A DNA stretch of 64,000 nucleotides from Mayamaea pseudoterrestris (Eukaryota), in contig BROI01000029.1 in assembly GCA_027923505.1 (NCBI GenBank), positions 248,001 through 312,000 on the forward strand, read 5' to 3'. Below, piece after piece: positions 32,332-43,407 of this stretch. Positions within the stretch are counted from its first letter, which is position 1. Every line of letters begins with the position of its first letter. Both the position numbers and the translations under genes were made by a program. Below the pieces are notes generated by a model, which was not told the origin of the DNA, made no database searches, and saw only the letters and a program-made list of their open reading frames with translations.

Positions 32332-34620
32332 CTAGCTAAGTCGTCGCAATATTCGCATCGCAAGTTGCCCCCTTTCCTCGTCGAGGCCTTCTATTTGTAT
32401 CCGTACGCCGTCACCGCGTGCAAGTGGCCCATCGATGCTATCTGATACGAATGCGACACCAATTGGAACATTCTCAAGACTTGGTTCAACATATAACCAG
32501 TCGCCAGTATTGGACGTAGCTTTCACTAGGCCGTCGCATTCTTTGCCGAGTAAATTTTGAATCTGATCCAGGCCTCCGAGTTGCTTCGACAATCGCGACA
32601 ATCTTTTTGTTACCTCGCTTTCTCGTTTTAAATCTTGTGGACTCTTATCTTGCGTGGATGCGTCCATCGTCAATGAAAATTGTCCCGAGTTCTTGGAGAC
32701 GGACTTGACAAAAACGTCCACTTCATCGCCAACTTTGAGAAATTGAGGCCTAGGCAGAGCCTTTGCACTTGCTGTAATGTGTGAACGAACTTTTAAGGTC
32801 TCGTCAGTGTCAGCGTCGTCATTCGCCTCTCTCGTTCCCGTGCCCTTGTAAGACAGCGTGCCATCGTCATTTTGTTCAAACATGTGCGTAATATCTGCAT
32901 CGTCTCCTTCTGCGTAAACAACATGCTTTTCGCCGGTAGCAGGATCCATAAAGGTCAGTGAACCATCGTTGCCGTGCTCAAACAAGTGTGTCACGTCCTC
33001 CAAATCGTCGTCATCCTCCGTCATGAGCATTTCTGTTTCGCCCGTGTCTGGATTCGCAAATGTCAGCGACCCATCATCATTCTCTTGGAAAAGATGAGTA
33101 ATGTCTTCACTCTCTTCTCCGTCTTCGTCAAAATCAGCAGCATCGAAATTAAGTTCGCTAAGCATTTCTTCCGCTCCTTCGTCCTCGTCATCGGACCAAT
33201 CATCATCTCCAAACTCTTCCTCTTCCTCGTCATGATTGCATTCTGTGTGTAACTTTTGTGACGATCTGTCCTGAGCCGCTACAGCGTCGCGAAAATTTAA
33301 GCGTCCCCAGCACTTTGCCCATGACTTATCCTTGCGTAGCCGGCGTATGCCACAGTCAATCAATGCACCACCCTTGGCTAGTCGCACCACTGTGCCCCGC
33401 AATTCCATACCAACCGATAATTCATCTAAACGGTATCCAAAATGCTTTGATGATGATGTTGACGGAACTTCATCAAGGTCCGCCTTCGCAACATCGTCGC
33501 TGGACGAAGAGTCTCCCTTTTGTGAGCGATCCCGAGTCGAACGTCCAGGATTCAAGGCGACGACCAACAGAGGCGAACCCGCATCGCCGGCTGGATCATA
33601 GTCAAACACCGCAGCTTGGTGCAAACTTCCATTTTCAATGGCTGCTTCAAGTGAGAAGTCGTTAGCCTTGCTTGGATGTATGCGAAGCGCGGCTGATAAA
33701 GGTCGGACGCTGTAATACTTGCTGTGTGTGCTGTCTTTCGACCTTTGTTTGGGATTTCTGATGCGAACCATGCCAGTATGTTGCAATGCAGCCGCAGCGG
33801 CATCGTCTTGATCATTCTCAATGTCATCGGCAACTTGAAATTGCAGTACCGCAGCGGTTTGTGCGCGTCGCTGGGCCCGCATCCTGGATGTCGCTGCTTG
33901 AAGCAACAAACGACTATTTCCGTCAGCTTCTTCCTTTTTCACAAGCTTGACTCCATGTGCATCCTGTATTTGCTTGCTGGAGAATAATGCTTTGACTAGT
34001 TCATTCACATCTTCGTAGCCGAGGTTCGCAGCCTCTTGCCGGAGACTCGACTTCAAGTGCGACCGATATCGCTGCGCCAATTCCACCGCATCCAGTTGAA
34101 TGCCTCCTTGAACACTTCCAGCAGATTGTCCAAACTTGTCCAGCAGATATACCAAGTTGCGTGTGACGGATGACGCGCGATCAACACTCAAAATGCTGCA
34201 GGGCACCAGTAGCGGGCTTCCCGACCGCCGCCGCTTCTTCCACGCTTTGCGAGCCCGACTGACATCGCCGACTTGAATGTTGAGAATGGATCCAGGCATG
34301 AATGCAGAATAGAATGTATTTGATGGACTTGTTTGTGTCATGAATTCTGTCAACGAGGATTCTTCGTCATCGCTAGAAGCGGAGATGACTTCCTCGTCCA
34401 CGACCTTCTCGACAAGAGCATCTTCTTCGTCTTCATCGTCAGACACAAAGTATTCTGGAACCTTTCGTTTCGATGGTTTATTGAATAGCCGCGTCGGGCT
34501 GTGTTTGTAACTCGATCCAATGATACATTGCTCTTGTCGAAATGGACGATGTGAAATCGAAAATGCCGATGACTCGCTCGCAAATGTCGTCAGGAACAGA
34601 GAAATGAGGTAAATATTCAT
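32332..34620 (-). CDS. Plastid-targeted S1 (OB-fold) RNA-binding domain protein
   Basis: Signal peptide ending SSAF; S1-like segments LSVGMELRGTVVRLAKGGALIDCG and LKVGDEVDVFVKSVSKNSGQFSLTM. Confidence 0.7.
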   Translation of the reverse strand: MNIYLISLFLTTFASESSAFSISHRPFRQEQCIIGSSYKHSPTRLFNKPSKRKVPEYFVSDDEDEEDALVEKVVDEEVISASSDDEESSLTEFMTQTSPSNTFYSAFMPGSILNIQVGDVSRARKAWKKRRRSGSPLLVPCSILSVDRASSVTRNLVYLLDKFGQSAGSVQGGIQLDAVELAQRYRSHLKSSLRQEAANLGYEDVNELVKALFSSKQIQDAHGVKLVKKEEADGNSRLLLQAATSRMRAQRRAQTAAVLQFQVADDIENDQDDAAAAALQHTGMVRIRNPKQRSKDSTHSKYYSVRPLSAALRIHPSKANDFSLEAAIENGSLHQAAVFDYDPAGDAGSPLLVVALNPGRSTRDRSQKGDSSSSDDVAKADLDEVPSTSSSKHFGYRLDELSVGMELRGTVVRLAKGGALIDCGIRRLRKDKSWAKCWGRLNFRDAVAAQDRSSQKLHTECNHDEEEEEFGDDDWSDDEDEGAEEMLSELNFDAADFDEDGEESEDITHLFQENDDGSLTFANPDTGETEMLMTEDDDDLEDVTHLFEHGNDGSLTFMDPATGEKHVVYAEGDDADITHMFEQNDDGTLSYKGTGTREANDDADTDETLKVRSHITASAKALPRPQFLKVGDEVDVFVKSVSKNSGQFSLTMDASTQDKSPQDLKRESEVTKRLSRLSKQLGGLDQIQNLLGKECDGLVKATSNTGDWLYVEPSLENVPIGVAFVSDSIDGPLARGDGVRIQIEGLDEERGQLAMRILRRLS

Positions 34621-35016
34621 TATGCTCTTTCGTTTATAACAGTGATGGATATCTTTGTTTGTTTTTTGGAAAGCAAGCTTTTGTTGCTGGGCTGATCTAT
34701 GCTGCAAAGAATGGAAAACGATTGGCGCTGCGAGAAAGATGATGTTCATTGCCGCTGCGATGTCAAGCTACTTTCGTTTAACTGTAAGTGTACCGATAAG
34801 CTTGATCACAGGTGCACGGAAACGGAGCATGATGACCGATACAGTACTCTATCTCTTAGTATTGTTCTATTCATAAGCTTATTGGAGTGCCAAGAGACAG
34901 CAAGCACAAGATCACCCATTGAGGTGATCATGGACAAGCTTTTATGACGAGACGAGCCATCCTCTTCAAATCAACAGCACCAACTTCCTTACGAGTACAG
35001 CTCCTATTAATACCCT

Positions 35017-35860
35017 CTATTGTCGTTGCTTCCAGGCACAGTCAAAGGGCGGTTCGAAAAAGTCGAGCCACTCATCAACTCGCTTTGAATCGGCTTCACT
35101 CGGTCGCTCCAACATGAGAATGACATTGTTGCATTGAAACTTTGGGTCATTGCTGCCCACGGCGCCTACCATGGTATCAAAGTCAAACGTCCTGCTGGGA
35201 ATCATGCGTCGCTCATACTTGGCACCAACAATCTTGACAGCGGTTATACCTACGAGTACATCGCCGACTTGCACCTTGGCCGTGCGAGCGGCGTTTCCTC
35301 CTTCCACAAGCTCCTTGACGAACAAACCCCGACCGGCGGAAATCTCTTCAAAAACAATTCCCAATGGTTTGGAAAGAGCGACTTCATACAAGCCGGTTGG
35401 TAGCTGAAAAATTTCGGGATATTCTTGTCGATCGGCATCGGGAAAAGGTTTCATCCAGTCATCGAATCCATTGTAAAACTGTAGAATGGCATGACTCTGT
35501 CAGTTGTTGATTTCATGCGTTAAAATATGCTAATTGAACACCAAGGATTCATTCTAGATGAAGATAATCTAGTCAAATTTTGTGACGCATCATTCGACGT
35601 TCTTGCATGCCGACATCTAGCTGAAAGCATAGTACTGTACATACCTTAAAATTTCCCTTGCCAAAGCTCAAACCCCGGTTCCACATGAAGGAAGTGTCAA
35701 TGGCAGTTGCGAATCGCTGAGTTGTTGTTGGCTGTCGTCGTTGTTGATGCCTTGAAGCACATTCGTTTCGCATGATGGAAACCGTAGGCGGGGCAAACGC
35801 AGTCGCACATGACAGAAATAGACTAATCGAGAGGAGTAAGAGATAAGAGCAACGTTGCAT
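35017..35860 (-). CDS. Plastid-targeted PDZ-like domain protein; intron 35479-35644
   Basis: ATAFAP presequence; LSKPLGIVFEE...GGNAARTAKVQVGDVL PDZ-like motif; intron joins GNFK|FYNGFDDW in frame. Confidence 0.75.
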
Positions 35861-37152
35861 TGTACTGAGTTTCTAGCTTGAGCAATAGGCGTCTATGTAC
35901 TCGTTATGCGACTATTGTTGAGCAATACGGAGTGATGCAATGATGCAAGGTCGAGCGATGGAGCGATGACGGGTGCGGGGCGCTGTCGCAGTGAGTACCG
36001 GTCAGAGCGGAGTTTGGCTCATTGCTTGGATGTTGTCTGGGCTCGGCGTCGTGCCGACCTCTTTCGTCATCAGCATCTTCTTGAACAGTACTACGTTGCT
36101 AGACAGGCTTTGCTACGTAGACTAAACTATGTGTGGCAATTTATTCATGTCCAGTGAGCTGGTCATGCGAAAAGTGATACAGGCACTTTCGCGTCAATTC
36201 AAAAGGTGCATTGCATTACAGGAAGGTGAGACGAGGCTGTTGCTACCTAACGCACTAGTCAACTAAGTCTTACTAGGTAGAAGTAGCTACTAGTTACACG
36301 CAGCGCGTACTCCGATACTGGTAATTTAGTTGTACCTGCCCCCAGGTGCTCTGCGCTGATGACGGCCTTGCTGTTCACCGACTCGCAGACAGGCGACATT
36401 GGACAGCTGTCGAAACTTGAACAACTTTTTGCAACTTCGCAAACAATACCTTTAGTGGCATGCATTCGCCACCTTCCATGCTTCTTGGACTTCTGCTACA
36501 ACAATTGGGCTATTGACGCACCAACTCGGGTAGCTCGCTGTGCCCTCCAACTCCGACAATCCTTATTGAAGGTAGCAGGCCGCTGCAAGCAAGACCAACG
36601 GAAAGCAGATGGTCTGGTTCGCAACTGATCGTAGTGTAACACCCTCGTGCGTACTAGAGAACAATTTCTTTGCCCTACCTACTTTACACGTCGCCAATGC
36701 GCTCAACGGCGCAAGTTGTGTCTTGAAGGCCGCTTCGGTTCAACTATCGCTAGCTGCCAACTTCAATGATGCGATATTTGCCTCTAAACCAACCGAGTCA
36801 TCCGGGCAACTTTACCACCAGCCTTTTCATTAGCTGGCTTCTAGGGCTTCCTTTGGTCGCTAACTTCAATATTCGGATTGGTTGTAGATTCCCCGCTTCA
36901 AGTTAAAAGTTAAGCCTTCCACGCAGCGAAGCATTCCAGCTCTTCTCGGAGTTGTTCGATGACAGCGAGTTCTTGTTCTTTGTCCCCGATTTTTGCCACG
37001 TTGGTCGAGGAACACTGATGTGGTAGACTAGGCTTCTGCCGACCGGAACGACCCTCTCAAACTCAAACATGGCCTTCAAAGTTTACCTCGGGGGCTCACA
37101 ATATCGCTTGCTCTATTAATTATCAAAACTCTTTCTCAAAAACCCTTTCGAA

Positions 37153-37668
37153 ATGTGCAACGCAAGATTTGTTTACCAAGTGCCCCAGAAGCTCGCCCGT
37201 GGTCCTGCTTCTGACGCTGTGGAAAAATCCAACAAGCGACAGCGCTCTGCATTAAGCCGCGTTGCGGAAGGCACAGCAGTGACGTCCTTTAATTTCGACG
37301 CACTTTTTGATGCGGTCTGCGAAGAGGACGCTTTTCCCTCCATTGGCTGGGATATCGAGGATCGAAGCTTTGCATCTTGCTCCATGTCATCGTCGTCATT
37401 GACCGACTCGATGAGCTCTGACGATGAAGATTATTCGGAGGGCGCATTCACTGCCGGTAAAGGCAACAAGCGCGCTCGCTCTGGTATGCTTCGAAGCATT
37501 AGTATCATGACCGACCTTGCGCTTTTAGAGCCTTCGACTGACAAATGCAATGACAAGACACCCTTGATTCAGATCCGAAGGTTTGATGAGTTGCTGAAGA
37601 CCCGCTTTCATTCAAGTCTCATGCCCAAACCAACCGAGCCACTGTCTGTCGCAGCCTGCGCCTCATGA
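37153..37668 (+). CDS. Hypothetical small Ser/Asp-rich protein
   Basis: 171-aa ORF with FPSIGW and GMLRS motifs; preceded by a pyrimidine-rich 5'UTR-like tract. Confidence 0.5.
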   Translation: MCNARFVYQVPQKLARGPASDAVEKSNKRQRSALSRVAEGTAVTSFNFDALFDAVCEEDAFPSIGWDIEDRSFASCSMSSSSLTDSMSSDDEDYSEGAFTAGKGNKRARSGMLRSISIMTDLALLEPSTDKCNDKTPLIQIRRFDELLKTRFHSSLMPKPTEPLSVAACAS

Positions 37669-37902
37669 ACACTTTTTATAAAGAATCTCCACACAATTTT
37701 TGAACATACCTGGAGTAAGGCTGCATACCATGTACATACCGAGTCAGCCTTTTGTTTGCACTATGCAGTTTTCCATACACAACATAGTCAACGAAATTAA
37801 GTTAGCTATTCTTAGTACTTCATATACTACATGTATGATAAGTCATACAGCATGTACAAACACGCAGCGAACATATTACTGTCATAGCTACAACGCAGTC
37901 GC

Positions 37903-38901
37903 TTATCCTGTCATTACGTCATTTTCCTTCTTATCCGCCGCCTCGTTCAACTTCTTAATGCAGTCTTCCGTGACACTCTCAATTTCCTGTTGAACGCGAA
38001 AGGCATCATCCTTCGAAACATGTTCAAGCTTGCCTGCCAAACCCTTTTTCACCACATTCAACGTGCTGCGCCGGACTCCACGGATTTTCGCGCGATACTG
38101 CTCGGTGCGCTTGCGGAGCTGCTGCGCCGTCGCTTGACGCGTCTCCAGACTCACGCGCGGCAATGGAATCTTGACTTGACCGCGTCCATCATCGTCCACG
38201 GATGGATTGAGGTTCACCATTTGGTTACGAATGGCGGTCGCTACATTCTTGGCCAGTGACGGGTCAAAGCAGTTGGCGTAGGCGAGCGTTGGACTCGAAA
38301 TGGTGACTTGCGCAATGGAATTGAGCGGGACGTTAGCACCATATGCATTGACAGTGACAGTGTCAAAAAGGTCGGCCGATGGTTCGGATCCTCGGATTCC
38401 CCTAAGACTGTCGACAAACTGGTTAACAATATCATTCATGCGTTTGCGCGTTTGTGCTGGGTCGGGGAGCACACTGCCGTCCGCTTCTTCCTCGGTTTCT
38501 TCGTCATCATCTTCCCTATCCATGTCATCATCATTCTTTTGCAATGCAGTAGAGCTTGCTTTGACATGGTCGGCGATGACATCGTCCTTTTTGCCCTTCT
38601 TGACAAGCTTTCGATCCTTCTTCTTTTGGCGCCGCTCCTGCGCCTCCTTGCGACTTTGCTCATGAGCTTGATCGTCTAGTCTGTCCAGATGTTGACCCAT
38701 TTTGGCAGAATGATTGCTCATGAAACGAATCTGATTAGTCGGTTTGCATAATAGAGGTGCTGGTGGACATTGCAGCAGAGGAAACGAACGCCCTGTCACC
38801 GTCCATCTCGACGTGACCGTGACGAATGGATGCACGCGACCTAGGACCCTTTTACCGACTGTACGAGCCAGGTTTTTCGAAACTAGTGAACTAGAGTTCA
38901 T
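37903..38901 (-). CDS. frr: Ribosome recycling factor, probably mitochondrial
   Basis: IRG-x-x-P...VNAYG-x-x-VPLNSIAQV, D-P-S-L-x-K, LNPS, IPLPR, SKDDAF motifs; Arg/Ser-rich transit-like N-terminus. Confidence 0.88.
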   Translation of the reverse strand: MNSSSLVSKNLARTVGKRVLGRVHPFVTVTSRWTVTGRSFPLLQCPPAPLLCKPTNQIRFMSNHSAKMGQHLDRLDDQAHEQSRKEAQERRQKKKDRKLVKKGKKDDVIADHVKASSTALQKNDDDMDREDDDEETEEEADGSVLPDPAQTRKRMNDIVNQFVDSLRGIRGSEPSADLFDTVTVNAYGANVPLNSIAQVTISSPTLAYANCFDPSLAKNVATAIRNQMVNLNPSVDDDGRGQVKIPLPRVSLETRQATAQQLRKRTEQYRAKIRGVRRSTLNVVKKGLAGKLEHVSKDDAFRVQQEIESVTEDCIKKLNEAADKKENDVMTG

Positions 38902-39216
38902 TGCTAGCAAGAGAGATAGCTTGCAGATTGTTGAGACATATATAAACACTAGCAGCTGCCTCCCTTCATTGCTTTTGGTTTGCTGCGCAGGTTGGACCGC
39001 GTTTAAATGGGTACCGGTAAGACTGCCTCTATGACGATCTTTCACTTGCATCTTTTACTTGTACTTGCAGACTACCAACACAACTAGAACCTCCATGGAG
39101 ACGCTGATGTAGGGCCGCCAATCATATCCTGCATGCATTTAACTTTCTTCGAGTCACTACAGAGCAGAAGCATACGAACATTTACGTTCTACAAGTACAT
39201 TGCAAGTGAACTTCCT

Positions 39217-41673
39217 CTACGCTTCTTCAATGACCTTTAATGCCGACTCAAGATGGGAAAGGCAATACGGTTGCACAAATGCAAGTGAGCGAGCACTAAA
39301 ACATGATAGGCCCACAATCGCAGCCATGGCATCATTCAATGGTCCATTAGCCTCCCTGTCGCAAAGTAGAGCCGCCAAAACAGATTTCTTATCTCGGTCA
39401 CCAAGTCCTTGGCACTCAACCTGAGGAAAATTGACATCCAGCGATTGTACATCACTATCTTCATAGTGATTTTGAGCGAAAAATCGGTCGGCAATCACCT
39501 CGATATGATGCGATGTGATAGTTTCATGATTGAATGATAGTCTGAGCAAATGATTGATAATTGAAAAATCGAAGCAGCAGTCTTCACAGAGTTCTGCTCG
39601 ATGCTTCACGCATTTCACAGATGGAGCCTTCCCTGCTCGATACTTAATGTAGAGCCCAAGTTGTTGAACATTTTCGGGCCGGACAGCAATCGGAACGTCT
39701 GACCCACGAACTCGGACCGGGTATCGGCCCTGAGAGTTTAGGCGCCCACTAACGGTAGCAACTTGATCATTAAGAGCCGGTTTAGCTACAAGCCCTCGTA
39801 GAACGACAGCCTCACCTGAATGTGGACTGTCCAGTTCATAGTCGCCAATTGTCGGGCGCGCTTTTTCAGCCTTCAAATTCGTGGCAGCACATTCGGGTTT
39901 ATGAAACGGCCAGTCCGCCTGCAAGCAAGATTTGCTGCAATATGGACGGCTATCGCACCCGCTACAAGTATGAAGGACACCGCCAATCTTATCTTCGGCC
40001 TCGAATTTAAAGCAGAGCTCGTGGCCACAGCGGCAAAGAATCATTCCGGGTTCAGCGTCCTCAACAAGAGGCTGCTGCTCAGGCACCACTTTAACCATTC
40101 CAAGGCTTGCATTCCAATCAACATGAGGAGCGACATATTCTAAGGCCGCCCGTATCGTGCCATGATAGGAGATCAGCGGCCAGAAAAAGTTCGGGTCTTG
40201 GGCAATAAACAACGGATGCGCGAGTTTTGGCTTGTACGCCACCAATGTTCCAAGTACTGATTCCACATCTGCGCGACAATATGTTTTAAAGGTTTCTGAC
40301 TGCAGCTCGCCAGTGAGATTCCGCCACACCGCAGTTCTTCCGCGAGCTAATAAGGTTTCATACAAAGATAGCGCAACTCCGCCGTGCGAAACAGCTTCGA
40401 GACGGATGCGAGCAGCAGCAAGACATTCCCAACATGCTACTTCACTCTGTCCAGATTTTGCTTCACTGTGGACGCATAACACTGCAACGTTTTCCTTCAG
40501 AAGCTGGTCGTAAAACGACTGGGTCATTTCGTCGGACGCTGTCTCGTCGCATTGTGGCATCGGAGGAACTTGATAGTAAAATGAGTCCTTTACTCGTGTA
40601 GATCCTGAATAAGTTTGTGCTGTGGCGCCTTTGCAAGTCCCGCGTCGGCCGTATCCAAAATTAACGGTTAAATTCATTAATCGTACCAATTCAAGCAGTT
40701 CGCGCAGTTTTGTTGCCCCTATAAGCACCACATCCCCCGTTTCTCCTCGTCTGGGCTGGCTCCCAACAGTAAGAGTGGGAGTGGGCGCGGCAAAGGGGGC
40801 GAGCATGCAGTCAAAGTCATTCCGCACGGTGTTCGACAACTTGGTGAGCAAACCAGTCAAGTTAGGGCAACATTGGTTCGCACTCGCTCCATAGGCGGGA
40901 ACTCTGTGTCTCATTTGCTCAAAACTGTGTATTAGAGCATACAGCTCACGCGGAATCAAAGTTCTCGTCTCAAGTATTTCGCTAGCTTTAAAACTGTGTA
41001 TAAGCGTTGCATGCCATAACCAGTCACTGCTCGCAATAATGTTCTGTCTCACGCCTTGCCCAATATTATACATATCGGCAAGAGACTGCATTCCCAAACC
41101 AATGCCTCCTTTTGCTGCCTGCTTAAAGTATTTAAACGCATACATATCCGACTTTAAAACCTCCATATTGCCAAAATCGCCTTCATCCTGCGACGTTGGA
41201 ACAATGAACTGGGATCGGTGACGGAACGCGATTCCTGCCAAGTACGCCGCCTCTGGAGAGCCTTCATTTGCAAGATCTATGTACATCTGATTCTCAGATC
41301 CGTCTGGAACATTGTGTCTCATCATATACTGCGTCACAAGAGGTCTGAGCTTGGTATGAACAGTCTCCTGCAACTCTCGCTTGGTCGAGTCGATGTTTTC
41401 CGGGGCACCATGAAGACTAAATGATCTTGGATCCGTGCCTTGTAAAAAGGTTGATTGCTGCGGAGGTCCCGGACATTCATGCTTTCCGGTGGAAATGGCT
41501 TGCTGCTGACAATTGATGCTGCAGAAGCGAACTCTGGTACAGACGCACGTGACGCGGTCGCTAATCGTCGCAAGGCTCCGTTCGCAGTTGGCGCAGAAGA
41601 CGGCATCCACACTGCGATTCAGCGTCTTGTTCTTCTTCCCGGACTTTTTCTTCTTGTTATTCTTTGGAGGCAT
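39217..41673 (-). CDS. MYND-type zinc finger protein with Sel1-like repeats
   Basis: CANC...C-x-C...FCSINCQ...HEC and CSGCDSRPYCSKSCLQADWPFHKPEC; AFKYFKQAAKGG...LADMYNIGQGV Sel1-like. Confidence 0.75.
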   Translation of the reverse strand: MPPKNNKKKKSGKKNKTLNRSVDAVFCANCERSLATISDRVTCVCTRVRFCSINCQQQAISTGKHECPGPPQQSTFLQGTDPRSFSLHGAPENIDSTKRELQETVHTKLRPLVTQYMMRHNVPDGSENQMYIDLANEGSPEAAYLAGIAFRHRSQFIVPTSQDEGDFGNMEVLKSDMYAFKYFKQAAKGGIGLGMQSLADMYNIGQGVRQNIIASSDWLWHATLIHSFKASEILETRTLIPRELYALIHSFEQMRHRVPAYGASANQCCPNLTGLLTKLSNTVRNDFDCMLAPFAAPTPTLTVGSQPRRGETGDVVLIGATKLRELLELVRLMNLTVNFGYGRRGTCKGATAQTYSGSTRVKDSFYYQVPPMPQCDETASDEMTQSFYDQLLKENVAVLCVHSEAKSGQSEVACWECLAAARIRLEAVSHGGVALSLYETLLARGRTAVWRNLTGELQSETFKTYCRADVESVLGTLVAYKPKLAHPLFIAQDPNFFWPLISYHGTIRAALEYVAPHVDWNASLGMVKVVPEQQPLVEDAEPGMILCRCGHELCFKFEAEDKIGGVLHTCSGCDSRPYCSKSCLQADWPFHKPECAATNLKAEKARPTIGDYELDSPHSGEAVVLRGLVAKPALNDQVATVSGRLNSQGRYPVRVRGSDVPIAVRPENVQQLGLYIKYRAGKAPSVKCVKHRAELCEDCCFDFSIINHLLRLSFNHETITSHHIEVIADRFFAQNHYEDSDVQSLDVNFPQVECQGLGDRDKKSVLAALLCDREANGPLNDAMAAIVGLSCFSARSLAFVQPYCLSHLESALKVIEEA

Positions 41674-41952
41674 TGTCTGGGATTTGGTAGTTGTTTTACT
41701 AGACCTGTGGAAGATACAGCAAGCCTTTTGTAAGGGACAAGGTGTGCGAGCTTGGATGTTGTTGGTTGCAACACGCAAGCCATAAAGATATCTTAGTACC
41801 GGTGAGACGCAGCGTGGCTGGTACAGTAGCCGTTGCGACCGTTTCGAGCGCCAGTCGGCCATGGAACGGTCGCCGGGTTCACATTTTCTTACCCATCCGT
41901 TTCATACTTCGTCTTCATACCTCCTCTTTTACACTCAATTTGACGACGCACC

Positions 41953-43308
41953 ATGATTGAAATCTGCTGTTGCATAGCTTTAGTACTCGTTGTATCAACG
42001 AGGCAAATAGCAGGCGCCCCTCTCTACGATCAAGAATTTCCGTCTGCTGAAACTGAATGGATCTCATTGTCACAACATGAAAGTTTCCAGCCAGCTGCAA
42101 CAACTCACGACGATCCGCGGGTCGCTCATGCGCAGCGTCGCTTGTCTAGCGAGTACTCGTCAAGGTTTGCAGACTCGGCAACTTACTATGATGAATACTC
42201 AACGGCATGGCGACTGTTAGGAATGTACATTGATTGTAATATTGACGCGGACAGTGGCGACAGACGACTGAATGGAGATGATGATGGCGTTTCAAATGCA
42301 TGGGACGATGATCAAGCTGGAGCTTCGGCAACTTGTAAACGATTTCTTCTTTGGGCGGCGGTAAGTAGATGCGCTTGCTTCGGGACTTGAACAGTTTCTG
42401 CTTTGTTTTCTCAATCGCTATTCACCTCATTACAGTACGTCGACTTGAGCTATCAAGGCGGAGGCATTGGCGAGTACCAGTTCCATGACGCTTCAACGGA
42501 TGAGTGGGATACATCTGCCTGTGAAGCCACCAAGAACAGTCGCTGTGCCAAAATGGACTGTCACCTGCCAAATACACATTTCACACTTTTGGGATTTTTC
42601 AAAAACTACGATTACGATGACTGGATGGAGCAGCTCTTCAAGCATCAAGCGTTCTGCTTGTGGAGCCAGAATCAGTACAACTTTATGGACAAGTATCGAG
42701 ACTGGTGGCCACAGGGCTGCAGCAGTACAGGGAAGAAGGACGGAAATGGCTATGTTTACATCGATATAAAACCAGGTACTGGCGGCACCATGGGCCTTGG
42801 TCTTTACACAGATAGCTCATGTACCATTGAATACAAGCGTGGTCGAGTTAAGCTGAGTAATGTCGTGCAAAAATACTACGGCAGTAGTGTCAATGACCAT
42901 ATCGACACTTGGAACGAAGCGTTCTCGACGTTCCATACTTGCCAACCGTGCAAAGCATACACATTGTCGACATCTCGAAAAGATGATATCAAGGAAAATG
43001 ATCCGAACAATGGCTACTTCCAGTGCGATGATAACGCAGATTACACCAATGTTAATCAGTGCATGAAGTTCAAAACACACACGGATACGGATGTTGCTAG
43101 CTATAAGGAAGTGGCCGCAGCTTCTTTCCAGGGCACGATCCAATCTAGCTACGCAGCTGATATAACGCCAACGTTCTGGGGCAAATGGGGCTTGTTCATC
43201 ATATCTGTGCTAATATTTTTGGTGGGTTTAAGTGCGTGCGTTTGGTCGGCGCGACCACCCCGAGTGCTATCAAAGAGAAGCGTCGTTTCTACCGAACCGC
43301 TCATATAA
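41953..43308 (+). CDS. Cys-rich type I membrane protein of unknown function; intron 42361-42435
   Basis: Signal peptide, RRL motifs, YIDC / RCAKMDCH / CQPC motifs, C-terminal transmembrane helix; intron joins LWAA|YVD in frame. Confidence 0.7.
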
Positions 43309-43407
43309 ATGCGCAGCATAATGTCTGTATTTTTGTCATTATACCTTATTTTAAAAGTTATCGTGCGAGAAGAGTTGTCGTAGGCTTCTTTTATTTAAAA
43401 AAAATAA

